Source: a virus. Taken from it: a stretch of DNA of 32,507 nucleotides. This document shows, piece after piece, positions 24,283 to 32,463 of this stretch. The stretch covers positions 1 to 32,507 of IMG/VR virus record IMGVR_UViG_3300045988_106777; one strand, given 5' to 3'. Each line of letters starts with the position of its first letter. Position 1 is the stretch's first letter. The notes below the pieces were generated by a model. The model saw only the letters and a list, made by a program, of their open reading frames with translations. It was not told where the DNA came from and did no database searches. A program made the translations under genes and the position numbers.

Positions 24283-25170
24283 CTAGGCGGCGACGCCGTT
24301 GTCGATGCGAACGAAGTCGTTGACGTCGCGGACGATGAAGCCGACCTCGAACTCGCAGCGGACGGCGAACATGTTGCGCTGCCAGAGGTTGAGCGTCTTG
24401 GAGCCGCTCGTGAGCGTAGCCTGGTCGGAGATGGAAATGTTGACGTCCTTGACGATGCCGTAGCGTGCGGCGCTCCAATCGCCGCCGAAGCCGATGACCT
24501 CAGCCGCCTTAGTGCCGGAAGAAACGGCTGCCTTGTGCGCGGACTTGGTGAAGTACGTGGGGACGGAGAGCACATGGCCCACTGCGCCGTCGGTCTGGAC
24601 GTTGTTGATGAACAGCGGGCGGTTGGTGGTGTCCTTGGTCTTGAGCAGCAGGGTCTTGGCCTGCGGGGAGAGGACGAAGGCGTTGAGGTCGCCGTCTGCC
24701 TCGGCAACCTTGCCGATTGCATCGACGAAGGCGTCATAGGTCTTGGTGGAGGCGTCTACGACGTTGGTAACGCCCTTGAGGGTGTCGAAGCCGGTACCGG
24801 GGGCGGTGCCGAACATGACGGTCTCGTCGAACTTCTTGGCGATAGCGAACGGCAGGCGGGATACCAGCTCGTTGTAAAGCGCCTCGGTGTTGTCGCGGAA
24901 CTGGTTGGAGAACGGCTCGATGATAGCCAGCGTGTAGCCCTTCATGTCCTTGGTGGTGAGGGTGTGCTGGGATACGGGCTTGTTCTCGGTCTCGGTGACC
25001 CAATCGGCGGCGGGCTCGCCCGTGATGACGGGGATGGTCAGTCCGTTGCCGGGAAGGTCGATGCGCTGCGCGAGCTGCATGATCGCGGAGCTTTTGAGCG
25101 TCTTTGCCCAAATCTCGTTGGAAACGGAAGAGGGAAGGGTGATGGAGGTCTTGTTGATGCCTTCAGCCAT
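24283..25170 (-). CDS. Major capsid protein (HK97 fold)
   Basis: Follows the scaffold gene. 295 aa. A...IWAKTL...AIMQLA start and the overall pattern are typical of Phage_capsid-type proteins. Very high G/C-ending codon use. Confidence 0.85.
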   Translation of the reverse strand: MAEGINKTSITLPSSVSNEIWAKTLKSSAIMQLAQRIDLPGNGLTIPVITGEPAADWVTETENKPVSQHTLTTKDMKGYTLAIIEPFSNQFRDNTEALYNELVSRLPFAIAKKFDETVMFGTAPGTGFDTLKGVTNVVDASTKTYDAFVDAIGKVAEADGDLNAFVLSPQAKTLLLKTKDTTNRPLFINNVQTDGAVGHVLSVPTYFTKSAHKAAVSSGTKAAEVIGFGGDWSAARYGIVKDVNISISDQATLTSGSKTLNLWQRNMFAVRCEFEVGFIVRDVNDFVRIDNGVAA

Positions 25171-25186
25171 GTTTTTTTCTCCTTGT

Positions 25187-25684
25187 CTAGTTAAAGGCGT
25201 TCTTCATGAATTGCGCGAAATCGTCCTTCGCGCTGCCCGTCTGCTTGATTTCGGCGTGCTTGCCGTCGCCCAGCACCACGGGCACGGTGGGCTGCTCCTT
25301 GGTCGAGTACTTGTCTGCGAGCTTCTCGGCCTTGGACATGAGGTCGTCACGGTCTGATGCCGAGATGAGTTCGAGCAGGTCGGACGGCACGCCCGTTTCG
25401 GTCGATACCTCGCTAACCCACTGCTTCTTGTCCTTCTCGGCCTGAAGCGCATCGGCACGAGCAATAGCGTCCGCGAGTTGCTGCTGGAGCTTCTCATGCT
25501 CGCTCATCTGAGCCTCTTTGAGCGCTGCTAGCTCGTCGGCTGCGTCCTTGTTCGCCTTAGCCTTGCGCTCCCATTCTCGTGAATGCTGCTTCATCTCGTT
25601 GTACTTTGCCTCCCAATCGACATGAGCGGTGTCGCCGTTCGGATCAACCTGCTGCGTGTCGGTATGGTTCTGGTCGTCTGCCAT
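25187..25684 (-). CDS. Capsid scaffolding protein
   Basis: Acidic coiled-coil protein of 165 aa located directly upstream of the capsid gene. Confidence 0.7.
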   Translation of the reverse strand: MADDQNHTDTQQVDPNGDTAHVDWEAKYNEMKQHSREWERKAKANKDAADELAALKEAQMSEHEKLQQQLADAIARADALQAEKDKKQWVSEVSTETGVPSDLLELISASDRDDLMSKAEKLADKYSTKEQPTVPVVLGDGKHAEIKQTGSAKDDFAQFMKNAFN

Positions 25685-25756
25685 GACGAACCTCCTTACC
25701 GCGCCGTTCGGCGCTGTCCCCCGACGCCGTTCGGCTTCGGGTTGCGGATAGATATG

Positions 25757-25777
25757 AAAAAAGCCCTCGCGGGGCTT
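25757..25777 (-). terminator. Short intrinsic terminator-like hairpin directly after the MuF gene
   Basis: The minus-strand RNA reads AAGCCC-CGCGA-GGGCUU followed by a U-run, starting 4 nt after the stop at 25781. Confidence 0.4.
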
Positions 25778-25780
25778 GAT

Positions 25781-26935
25781 TCATCTGGTTATTCGGCGCA
25801 TATCGGATAGTCCAGAAGCGCCCTTTGATTTGGTGTCTATGAGAATGGCGGTCTCGCCGTCTTGGAGGCTGTTCCTAACGCTTTGAACGGCTCCGCTTAT
25901 GCCGTCCACGAGCAGGACGTAATGTCCCGCCGTGTCGGTCCCTCCATCTTTTCGCTCTCGGCGCATGGAGGAGATTGATGACGAGACTGCGCCGCCTGTT
26001 GCGTCGGCCATGCCCCATGTAAGGCCGTTCATACGCAGAGGCGCGCCCTTGCGGTCGGTGATTGACGTTGTGTAGCCGTGCTCAGCGAGCGCCGCCGTGA
26101 AGCGCTTGTATTCGCCCGTGCCTGACTCGACCTTGCCGCCGTTCCAGCTCCAATCGAGCGACCGGCGGTTTATCTCCTTGCATATCTCGTCGGTAATCTT
26201 CTTGTTGACGATTTGCGCTGGTAGCCCCGCCATCTCGCGCCTGATTGACGCGGGGTCGATGGTCGAGCGGGCGTCTAGGTATACGTCATAGAGCCAGTCA
26301 GGGTCGTAGCCCTCAACAGTGGTGAAGTCGTCGCCCGCCACCACTCGGCAATCGCAGCGGTCGTGGAAGCGGTTGAAGGCGAATCCCATGTCGCCTGCTG
26401 CCTTGCGTGACGTGTAATCGAAGCCGCGAGATGCGAGCATCAAGCAGAATCCGCACGTCTCTTTTCCGGTCGGCACGCGGGCGTAGCGCACGCCCTTGGA
26501 GTAGTCACGCTCCGCGTTGCGGATGGTGGTCTTGTTCGCCGCCCTTCCGACGTTCTCGTATGCGCGCTCGGCGAGTTTCTGGGCAAACGAATCGAACGTG
26601 TCCGGCGTCAACTGACGCATCAGATAATCGACCTGTCTGCCGGTAGAATTAACCGAGACGGGGTTGTACACGGCGGACGGCTGGACGGATATGCCCAACT
26701 CCTCCATCGTCACGTCATACGCCGAGCACGCGATTGTAGCGGCCCTGTCGCCGAACGTCTGGACGCATGTCGTGAGCGTCTGCATGGCGAACTCGCGCAT
26801 GGTTTCAGCGTCAATCATGCCGCCGTTGAGCTGGTAGAAGGAGCGCAGCGCGGTCTGCATGAAATTGAACGCCGCCTGTTGCTGGGCGTTGAGCGCCGCA
26901 GTGTATTCAGCAAGCCTACTCGCCGATATCTGCAT
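25781..26935 (-). CDS. Head morphogenesis protein, SPP1 gp7 / Mu F family, with an extra C-terminal domain of about 150 aa
   Basis: RVPTGKETCGFCLMLASRGF...FHDRCDCRVV is the MuF signature. Positioned after the portal gene. Confidence 0.85.
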   Translation of the reverse strand: MQISASRLAEYTAALNAQQQAAFNFMQTALRSFYQLNGGMIDAETMREFAMQTLTTCVQTFGDRAATIACSAYDVTMEELGISVQPSAVYNPVSVNSTGRQVDYLMRQLTPDTFDSFAQKLAERAYENVGRAANKTTIRNAERDYSKGVRYARVPTGKETCGFCLMLASRGFDYTSRKAAGDMGFAFNRFHDRCDCRVVAGDDFTTVEGYDPDWLYDVYLDARSTIDPASIRREMAGLPAQIVNKKITDEICKEINRRSLDWSWNGGKVESGTGEYKRFTAALAEHGYTTSITDRKGAPLRMNGLTWGMADATGGAVSSSISSMRRERKDGGTDTAGHYVLLVDGISGAVQSVRNSLQDGETAILIDTKSKGASGLSDMRRITR

Positions 26936-28349
26936 CGTCCACGCCCTCCGGTTGCGGGGTCGGCTGCTGCTGTGCCGCCTGTGCGGACGCCTGCGCCGCC
27001 GCCTGTACTATTTGAGAGTAGCGAACCTCGCGCAAGATGGAGTCGATTGTCGGTTCCGAATAGCCGAGGTCTCGCCAGAATTGGCGCGTACCGGAATAAG
27101 CGGGAACTGCGGAATTGACCTTGATTGCGAAATCTGCGTTTGCCGCCTTGGAGGGACGCAAAACGTCGGCGAATCGCGGGGTGATATCTGCCGCGTCGAA
27201 ATCAGCCGCGTTGACGGCTCCGAGCGCCATGCGGGCGATGTTGCCCAATGCGATGCCGTTCATGCGGTTTACGTGCTCAGCTTCGACAATAAGGCGCTGC
27301 TGGGCGGCGAACATCGCCTCGCTCGACGTTGGGTTGTCGAATACGATACCAACCTCGTCGAGTGGGATGCACGCCTCGCTCGCAAACTGCTTGCCCAACA
27401 TCTCAAGATGGTCTATGTGTGGCTGCATGGTCATCTGCGAGAGCTGCCCAAGCTGCGGGGTGTCGCCGTTTTTGTTCGGCGTGACAAGCAACATGGAGTC
27501 GGCGTACATCTCGACCTTGCGCTTCGACATCTCCTCGGCGGTCTTCTTGTCCACGCCGAGAAGGTATCGCTGTGGCCACGTATAGAATGTAGCGGCAATC
27601 TCGGTGCGCGCGCCGACACACAGGGCACGGTCGATGAGGCTACGAACGGTGCGGTTGATACGGCTCTTGCCGAAAGGGCGCGTCAAAGACGGACGGTAAC
27701 GCAATGGCTCCATGAGCGGGCGGCCAAACGGGTTTGCCACTTTCTCAGCAATCCATGAATCGCCAACCTTGCGACATGAATAGGTGTACTCGTCCGTGTA
27801 CATGTTGACCCACGTTGGCACGCGCAGCCCGCTCGAATCAACGTCGATATCGACTACGCAGATTCCCGCCTTGATTCGCTTCTTGCGCTCGTCCCATATA
27901 GCCGCCGCGTCGAGCGCAGAATGCGCCGATACGATCACATCAGGCTCGCCCGGCATTCCCTTTGATACAGTCAGGAAGGCGCACGAATCCGTAAGCTCGG
28001 ATGTTACCGCCTGCTCGTAAATCTCGGTCAAAGTAGTGGTGGGAATGATTGAGCTCAACGCCTCGGCGCTTCCCCCGTCGAACCCATCCAGAACAGAGCG
28101 GTTCGCGAGAACGTCCACGCACTTGCCTCCCCACCCCATTACGATGTTGAGGTTAACGAGGTCGGATGGCATGGATGAATCGGTTGTGACGGGCATTACC
28201 TTGCCCTTGTAATACGCCTCGTTGCGGATGTTCGAGCCTAGGTGGCGCTGCCATTCTGCCAACAGCTTGTTGAATACGTCAACCTCCTCGCCCGTGAGGT
28301 TCATCATGGACGGGTCGACTTGGTAGAGCGTCGGATTTTCGTTCTTCAT
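26916..28349 (-). CDS. Portal protein
   Basis: 477 aa, between TerL and MuF. ATG 28349 forms an ATGA overlap with the TerL stop. Confidence 0.8.
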   Translation of the reverse strand: MKNENPTLYQVDPSMMNLTGEEVDVFNKLLAEWQRHLGSNIRNEAYYKGKVMPVTTDSSMPSDLVNLNIVMGWGGKCVDVLANRSVLDGFDGGSAEALSSIIPTTTLTEIYEQAVTSELTDSCAFLTVSKGMPGEPDVIVSAHSALDAAAIWDERKKRIKAGICVVDIDVDSSGLRVPTWVNMYTDEYTYSCRKVGDSWIAEKVANPFGRPLMEPLRYRPSLTRPFGKSRINRTVRSLIDRALCVGARTEIAATFYTWPQRYLLGVDKKTAEEMSKRKVEMYADSMLLVTPNKNGDTPQLGQLSQMTMQPHIDHLEMLGKQFASEACIPLDEVGIVFDNPTSSEAMFAAQQRLIVEAEHVNRMNGIALGNIARMALGAVNAADFDAADITPRFADVLRPSKAANADFAIKVNSAVPAYSGTRQFWRDLGYSEPTIDSILREVRYSQIVQAAAQASAQAAQQQPTPQPEGVDDADIGE

Positions 28350-29749
28350 AGAATAACGCATCCCCCCTCGGGGTCTCGTTTGGTCGTCTTGGCGGCCCAG
28401 TAGGCGATTACAGCCGCCTCGATTGGCGCGGACGTATCGCCGCCGTAGGCCCACCCTCCATCGCTACCAATGGGGCGCTTGCGGGCCTCAAGGGCACTTT
28501 GGTTTAGCGCTTCTTGGGCGTTGTCCTCGCCGCCGTCCCAATGGGTGACGGTCTTGTCTATAAGCGCTTGGGAGAACATGGATGTAGCCGCGATCACGTC
28601 GCGCGTGGAGGTGGCGTATAGCGCTTGGCGCGGATACCACTCGCGCAGGCGGTCGAGGAGCGCAGCCGCGCCGTTTCGCCCGTCAACTGCCACGGCTGCT
28701 GTGGTGTCGGCCATCTGCTCGGTGCAAAGGAAGTCGGTCAGCCATGACAGGCCATCGGCTATGGTTCCTTGCCCGATATGCTCGATGTAAGCCGAACCGT
28801 CTTCTTGCAGGCGGCAGGCGCACAGGGCGATTTGTGAGCCGTCCGGCGAGAACTTCACGCCGAACGTCTTCTTGCCATCCGTGGGCACTTTGGCACGCGG
28901 AATAGCCAAAGACAGCCAAAGCGATTCGTCTATCACGCTCGCGCTGCTCGAACCGCTCCACCAATCCAGGCGCTCGTGTGCGAAGCCGGAGATATTGCCC
29001 TTGGCTCCGGCGAACTCCGATTCCGTGTAGCTCTCGTCGAGCACGTAGCCCATGGACGGGTTAGATTCGTAAATATCGTCCAGGATGTCGGCGAACGTGC
29101 AGTCTTTGGGCGGCAACTTCTCGCACGCCCACGACGCCCAGCACATACGCCTCATGCCGCCCTCTAGGACGGACTTGCGCACGCGGGCGAACACGGTACC
29201 GGCGCTCCGCTCATTGGGAGGCGTGCCCATGTACAGGATTTGGCGCTCGCCAGTGGACGATGCGGCGAGCGTGTAAGCTATCGCGTCGTACTGGGTGTCG
29301 GTAAGCTCCTGGGCCTCGTCGTACACGACCAGCTGTATATCGTCGAAGCCACGAGCCGTGCCGTTCGTGCGGGCGATGAACTCGATTGAGCCGCCGTTCT
29401 TGAGGAAGATTGCCTCTTCGCCGTTCGTCCTGCGTATGCGCTCCACCAGCTCCACCAGCTCGGGGTGGCACTCGTCGGTGAAATAGCGCACGAGGCGCAT
29501 AAACGACTTCTTTGCGGTCTTTACGCGATGTGCGGTGTGGAGGATATGCCATCCGCAAACGGCGAGTCGGTAAAGCTCGTAGATTTCGAGCGCAGCGTTC
29601 TTGCCGTTCTGTCGTGGCACGTCCAGTCCACACGTCACATAGGCTGGCTTTCCGTCCTCGCTGCACGAGCACCAGTCCGTCAGGATGTAGCGCTGCCATG
29701 GAAAGGGCGAGATGCCGAGGTCTTCGCCGAGGGCTACCGCGTCGTCCAT
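28346..29749 (-). CDS. terL: Terminase large subunit
   Basis: Walker A-like DVPRQNGKN and Walker B VVYDEAQE, with a C-terminal nuclease half. ATG 29749 was chosen because the ORF-track TTG 29890 overlaps TerS by 107 nt. Confidence 0.9.
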   Translation of the reverse strand: MDDAVALGEDLGISPFPWQRYILTDWCSCSEDGKPAYVTCGLDVPRQNGKNAALEIYELYRLAVCGWHILHTAHRVKTAKKSFMRLVRYFTDECHPELVELVERIRRTNGEEAIFLKNGGSIEFIARTNGTARGFDDIQLVVYDEAQELTDTQYDAIAYTLAASSTGERQILYMGTPPNERSAGTVFARVRKSVLEGGMRRMCWASWACEKLPPKDCTFADILDDIYESNPSMGYVLDESYTESEFAGAKGNISGFAHERLDWWSGSSSASVIDESLWLSLAIPRAKVPTDGKKTFGVKFSPDGSQIALCACRLQEDGSAYIEHIGQGTIADGLSWLTDFLCTEQMADTTAAVAVDGRNGAAALLDRLREWYPRQALYATSTRDVIAATSMFSQALIDKTVTHWDGGEDNAQEALNQSALEARKRPIGSDGGWAYGGDTSAPIEAAVIAYWAAKTTKRDPEGGCVIL

Positions 29750-29783
29750 CTCACTATAGGCGACAGCGCCATCGCGATAGACC

Positions 29784-30164
29784 CTACGCGGTTCTTGCCT
29801 TCCTCTTCTCACGGTTTCCCGAGACGATGGAGAGGATGCTTGTTTGCTTTGCTCCACTCTCCACCTCCTCGTGTGTGTCGCAAATTCCAAGCTGCTTGTT
29901 CAGCTGCCGAATCTCCGCCGATGCTGTTTTCAACGTGCCGATTTGTGGGAATGCCTTCAGGTCTCCCATGTCGTTGTTGTATGCGGTCTGCCCGCCGAAG
30001 CTATCCAGCTCGTCTTGGGCTGTCTCCGCGATCTTGTACCATTGGCAAAGCAGGGACAGCGCCGGTGCGTCTGACTGTGCGAAATTGCGACCATGCGTTA
30101 GCTCGTCCCATTTCGCGGACTTGAAAGCGTCCGACTCGACGCCGGGTGGCTTTGTGATAGGCAT
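29784..30164 (-). CDS. terS: Terminase small subunit (P27-like)
   Basis: WDELTHGR...LSLLCQWYKIAETAQDEL...NKQLGI resembles the P27 small-terminase family. Positioned between HNH and TerL. ATG 30164 is preferred over GTG 30200. Confidence 0.65.
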   Translation of the reverse strand: MPITKPPGVESDAFKSAKWDELTHGRNFAQSDAPALSLLCQWYKIAETAQDELDSFGGQTAYNNDMGDLKAFPQIGTLKTASAEIRQLNKQLGICDTHEEVESGAKQTSILSIVSGNREKRKARTA

Positions 30165-30183
30165 GCGATCACATCCAATCGGT

Positions 30184-30211
30184 AATAAAAAAGCCGCCAC
30201 TTTGGACGGCT
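30184..30211 (-). terminator. Intrinsic terminator-like hairpin just upstream of terS
   Basis: The minus-strand RNA reads AGCCGUC-CAAAGU-GGCGGCU (7 bp including one G-U) followed by UUUUUUAUU. Confidence 0.45.
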
Positions 30212-30330
30212 GAAAGATGTTTTGGTGTCATTGTGGCGTGCGTTGCGCTCATACGGGATGATGTCCGAAATTAGCATTCGCACAACCTTTGACCTGCTGT
30301 TTTGTTTAGTCCTTGAGAAATTCCACACTT

Positions 30331-30440
30331 GGGGGGTATTTCAGCCCAGGCGCGATGGGGGCTATGGGGGCGTGGGAGGGGGACTCCCCCACCCCTGCAA
30401 CCAAAGCATCGAATCGGCGACATATGGTTATCGATAACCA
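30331..30440. other. Candidate cos / packaging-recognition region
   Basis: G6 at 30331. ATGGGGGC twice (30355, 30364). GGGGGA-C-TCCCCC at 30378-30390. Perfect 16-bp palindrome TGGTTATCGATAACCA at 30425-30440. Located between HNH and terS. Confidence 0.4.
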
Positions 30441-30453
30441 ATGTGCATCGCGG

Positions 30454-30768
30454 TCATGCGGTCCAGTCTTGCGATGCGTTCGGTTTCGGAGCTTTACGCT
30501 TTGGACGGCCGCCAGCCTCGCATGTGAAGCCGATTCGGTTTCCCTTGCGCTCGTTGCATATGCGGTGTGCAGGCTGCACGTTGCTAGGGTCAAGCTCATC
30601 GCCGCCAAATGAGACGGGGATGATCTCGTCAAGCTCATAGCTCCATGGGTGGAGAGGCGGGAGGCTATAGTCTATGGGCCTCCCGCATATTGCGCATGGT
30701 AGCCCTAGTGCCTTGACCCTTTGCCTGAGTATGCGGCGGCGATGCCCGTTGCGGTCGTTGCGTGACAT
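30454..30768 (-). CDS. HNH endonuclease (terminase-associated)
   Basis: CAICG...YELDEIIPVSFGG...NVQPAHRICNERKGN. Adjacent to the terminase genes. Confidence 0.85.
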   Translation of the reverse strand: MSRNDRNGHRRRILRQRVKALGLPCAICGRPIDYSLPPLHPWSYELDEIIPVSFGGDELDPSNVQPAHRICNERKGNRIGFTCEAGGRPKRKAPKPNASQDWTA

Positions 30769-30935
30769 CCATTGTCCTTAGTGGTGGGGGCTGTGTGTGC
30801 GAGGGGGGCGCACTGAAGGAGGGACAGCCCCGCTATAGGTTGGTGGCATATGCCGCCACGACCCCTCATAGATACGGCATGTGTGGCGTTGTGATGCCAT
30901 CAAATGCCGCACCTTAGTTATACGGGATTGTTGGG

Positions 30936-31001
30936 GCGAAGGGTTGCGAAATAGGGCGCAGATTGGCGCTGAATGCCGCAGGATAGCGAAATAGTGCGCA
31001 G
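30936..31001. repeat. Two 26-bp direct repeats (21/26 identical) spaced 40 bp start-to-start, upstream of the late genes
   Basis: 30936..30961 and 30976..31001 share the core GCGAAATAGnGCGCAG. ATGCCGC recurs at about 30849, 30904 and 30974. Confidence 0.75.
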
Positions 31002-31010
31002 TCGAGGCAC

Positions 31011-31042
31011 AAAAAAGCCCCGCACGCCGTAGCGAACGGGGC
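31011..31042 (-). terminator. Strong intrinsic terminator ending the early operon
   Basis: AGCCCCG/CGGGGCU 7-bp stem plus an inner CGC/GCG stem, then U6. It starts 5 nt after the stop at 31047. Confidence 0.7.
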
Positions 31043-31046
31043 TGGA

Positions 31047-31547
31047 CTAGAGAAGGGCCGCCTGGCCTAATCCGGTTCTTGCACGGGCCATGCCGACTGA
31101 ATCGACCCAATCGAGCGCGCAGGACACATCGACCTGGGCCTGTCGCTCGGACACGCCCAATGCGCTCGCGGTCTGATGCCAAGGCATGTCCTCGATGTAG
31201 TGCAGCTCCAAAGCGTCCGCCCAGCGCTGCGTGATATTCGCCGCGCGGATGCCACGGCAGAGCTCGCGCCCCTCCTCCACCTGGTCGGTAAGGTCACGGA
31301 TTTCTGCCGCTGCCGATTTCTCGGCGTCCATGCGCAAATCGGTGGCGCGCATGGCGTCGCGGTTGCCGGTTCCGTGCCCGATCGCATCATAAGTCTGTGC
31401 GCGGACAGATTCTCGCGCGCGCATAGACGCGATTATCGCCAGCCTACGGTCGATTGAGCGCTGGCACGCCCTGATGTACTCGAAATATTCGCGTGCCGTC
31501 AATCGAGACCCCCAGATTTGATTGAGAAATGCATGTTTTACCTGCAA
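31047..31547 (-). CDS. Sigma-70 region-4-like late transcription regulator candidate
   Basis: ALELHYIEDMPWHQTASALGVSERQAQVDVSCAL resembles a sigma region 4 HTH. Last gene before the packaging/structural operon. Confidence 0.5.
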   Translation of the reverse strand: MQVKHAFLNQIWGSRLTAREYFEYIRACQRSIDRRLAIIASMRARESVRAQTYDAIGHGTGNRDAMRATDLRMDAEKSAAAEIRDLTDQVEEGRELCRGIRAANITQRWADALELHYIEDMPWHQTASALGVSERQAQVDVSCALDWVDSVGMARARTGLGQAALL

Positions 31548-31568
31548 TATTATACCGCGCGGTACAAC

Positions 31569-31889
31569 CTAGGCGACCACGCTCACCGCCCTGTATGCGT
31601 CCTCCTTGCGGTTGAGCGCGAGCACTTCACGGTAACAATGATAACAGAATCCAGTCACGCAATATGTTGTCCGTCCGCACATGGGACAGATAACGGGCTT
31701 GCTCAGGCGCTCGCGCTTCGGCTTCGAGCTGCCTGTGATGCGGAACGAGAAGCCAAGATAGCTCTTAGTTCCATTATTGATGTACCTTTGCATCGTGGAC
31801 TCGGCGATACGGTTTGCGCGAGCCGCAGCAGCGATTGATGGGTATGTTACTCCATCAGAGCGAGTGACGGTGTATCCAGTGGTCTTCAT
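31569..31889 (-). CDS. DNA-binding protein candidate (NUMOD1-like HTH plus C4 zinc ribbon)
   Basis: YPSIAAAARANRIAESTMQRYINNG followed by CPMCG...CYHC. ATG 31889 overlaps the upstream stop (the ORF-track GTG 31937 is unlikely). Confidence 0.45.
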   Translation of the reverse strand: MKTTGYTVTRSDGVTYPSIAAAARANRIAESTMQRYINNGTKSYLGFSFRITGSSKPKRERLSKPVICPMCGRTTYCVTGFCYHCYREVLALNRKEDAYRAVSVVA

Positions 31890-32176
31890 TCGGCATCGCC
31901 TACGCATGGGGTCTTGTCCAACGCGCCAGAAAGCCACATTGTGAACGCAGTAGACAGAACCACCATCACGGCGCGGTCGAACTCAACGTCCGTGACGCAC
32001 TTGGAATCGCGCCTCTTTGCATCGACGTTAGCGCCGAAGGGCTGAACGAGAGCCGTTCGGATCGTGTTCAATGATTCAGCCATGGCACTCTTGTCCGATT
32101 CGCTGAAGCCACCTTGACATCCCGCGAACGAGAGCATCGCTTCTAGCGTTGGGTTGTGCTTGAATGACTTGAGCAT
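31886..32176 (-). CDS. Hypothetical protein (96 aa)
   Basis: ORF in the operon, overlapping both neighbours. Confidence 0.5.
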   Translation of the reverse strand: MLKSFKHNPTLEAMLSFAGCQGGFSESDKSAMAESLNTIRTALVQPFGANVDAKRRDSKCVTDVEFDRAVMVVLSTAFTMWLSGALDKTPCVGDAE

Positions 32177-32463
32177 ATCGGCTCCACCTCCTTGCGCAGC
32201 TTATTCAGGCAATCAATGGCCTTGTCTATGTCTGATAGCGCCTGACCTTTTGACAAGCAGCGCCAAATGTACTTAAACGCACAGCACCACCACCATACGA
32301 TGATTGCCGAGTGGTCGAACCTGTCCTCCCACCACGTCATAGCTGATTGCATGGCGCGTGTCGCGGTGATATATCCGTCACCGAGATAGTGACGTGGGCA
32401 ATTCGCGTCGTATGTGAGAACCTTGCTGGAATCGTCCTCAAGCTCCACACCCATTACTTGCAT
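32143..32463 (-). CDS. DUF3310-like phage protein
   Basis: PRHYLGDGYI...FKYIWRCLSKGQALSDIDKAIDCLNKL resembles the DUF3310 pattern. SD GGAGGTGGAG upstream. The start overlaps the end of the dUTPase gene. Confidence 0.5.
   Translation of the reverse strand: MQVMGVELEDDSSKVLTYDANCPRHYLGDGYITATRAMQSAMTWWEDRFDHSAIIVWWWCCAFKYIWRCLSKGQALSDIDKAIDCLNKLRKEVEPICSSHSSTTQR

Noticed and set aside
24213-24737. 174-aa minus-strand ORF in an alternative frame across the capsid and connector genes, and similar same-strand alternative frames (1675..2121, 19439..19894, 29211..29699).
   Set aside because: They have Pro/Ser/Arg-rich low-complexity translations and lie wholly inside strongly supported genes.
26859-27758. 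Long plus-strand ORFs antisense to structural and replication genes (for example 26859..27758, 20537..21547, 19417..20148, 24535..25194, 29465..30213, 7259..8110, 1658..2476).
   Set aside because: They mirror well-supported minus-strand genes, are Arg/Gly/Pro/His-rich, and lack an SD. They are typical shadow ORFs of GC-rich coding DNA.
28350-28454. N-terminal extensions given by the ORF track for the portal (to 28454), TerL (to 29890), TerS (to 30200), the 31569 gene (to 31937) and the lysis genes (to 14280 and 14581).
   Set aside because: The extensions begin at TTG/GTG codons without an SD. They are Arg-rich and overlap upstream genes or hairpins. Internal ATGs with SD or ATGA coupling are more plausible.
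30778-31182. 134-aa minus-strand ORF spanning the early terminator and late promoter region.
   Set aside because: It is extremely Arg/Pro/Gly-rich. It crosses a strong terminator and overlaps the 3' end of the regulator gene. It has no SD.
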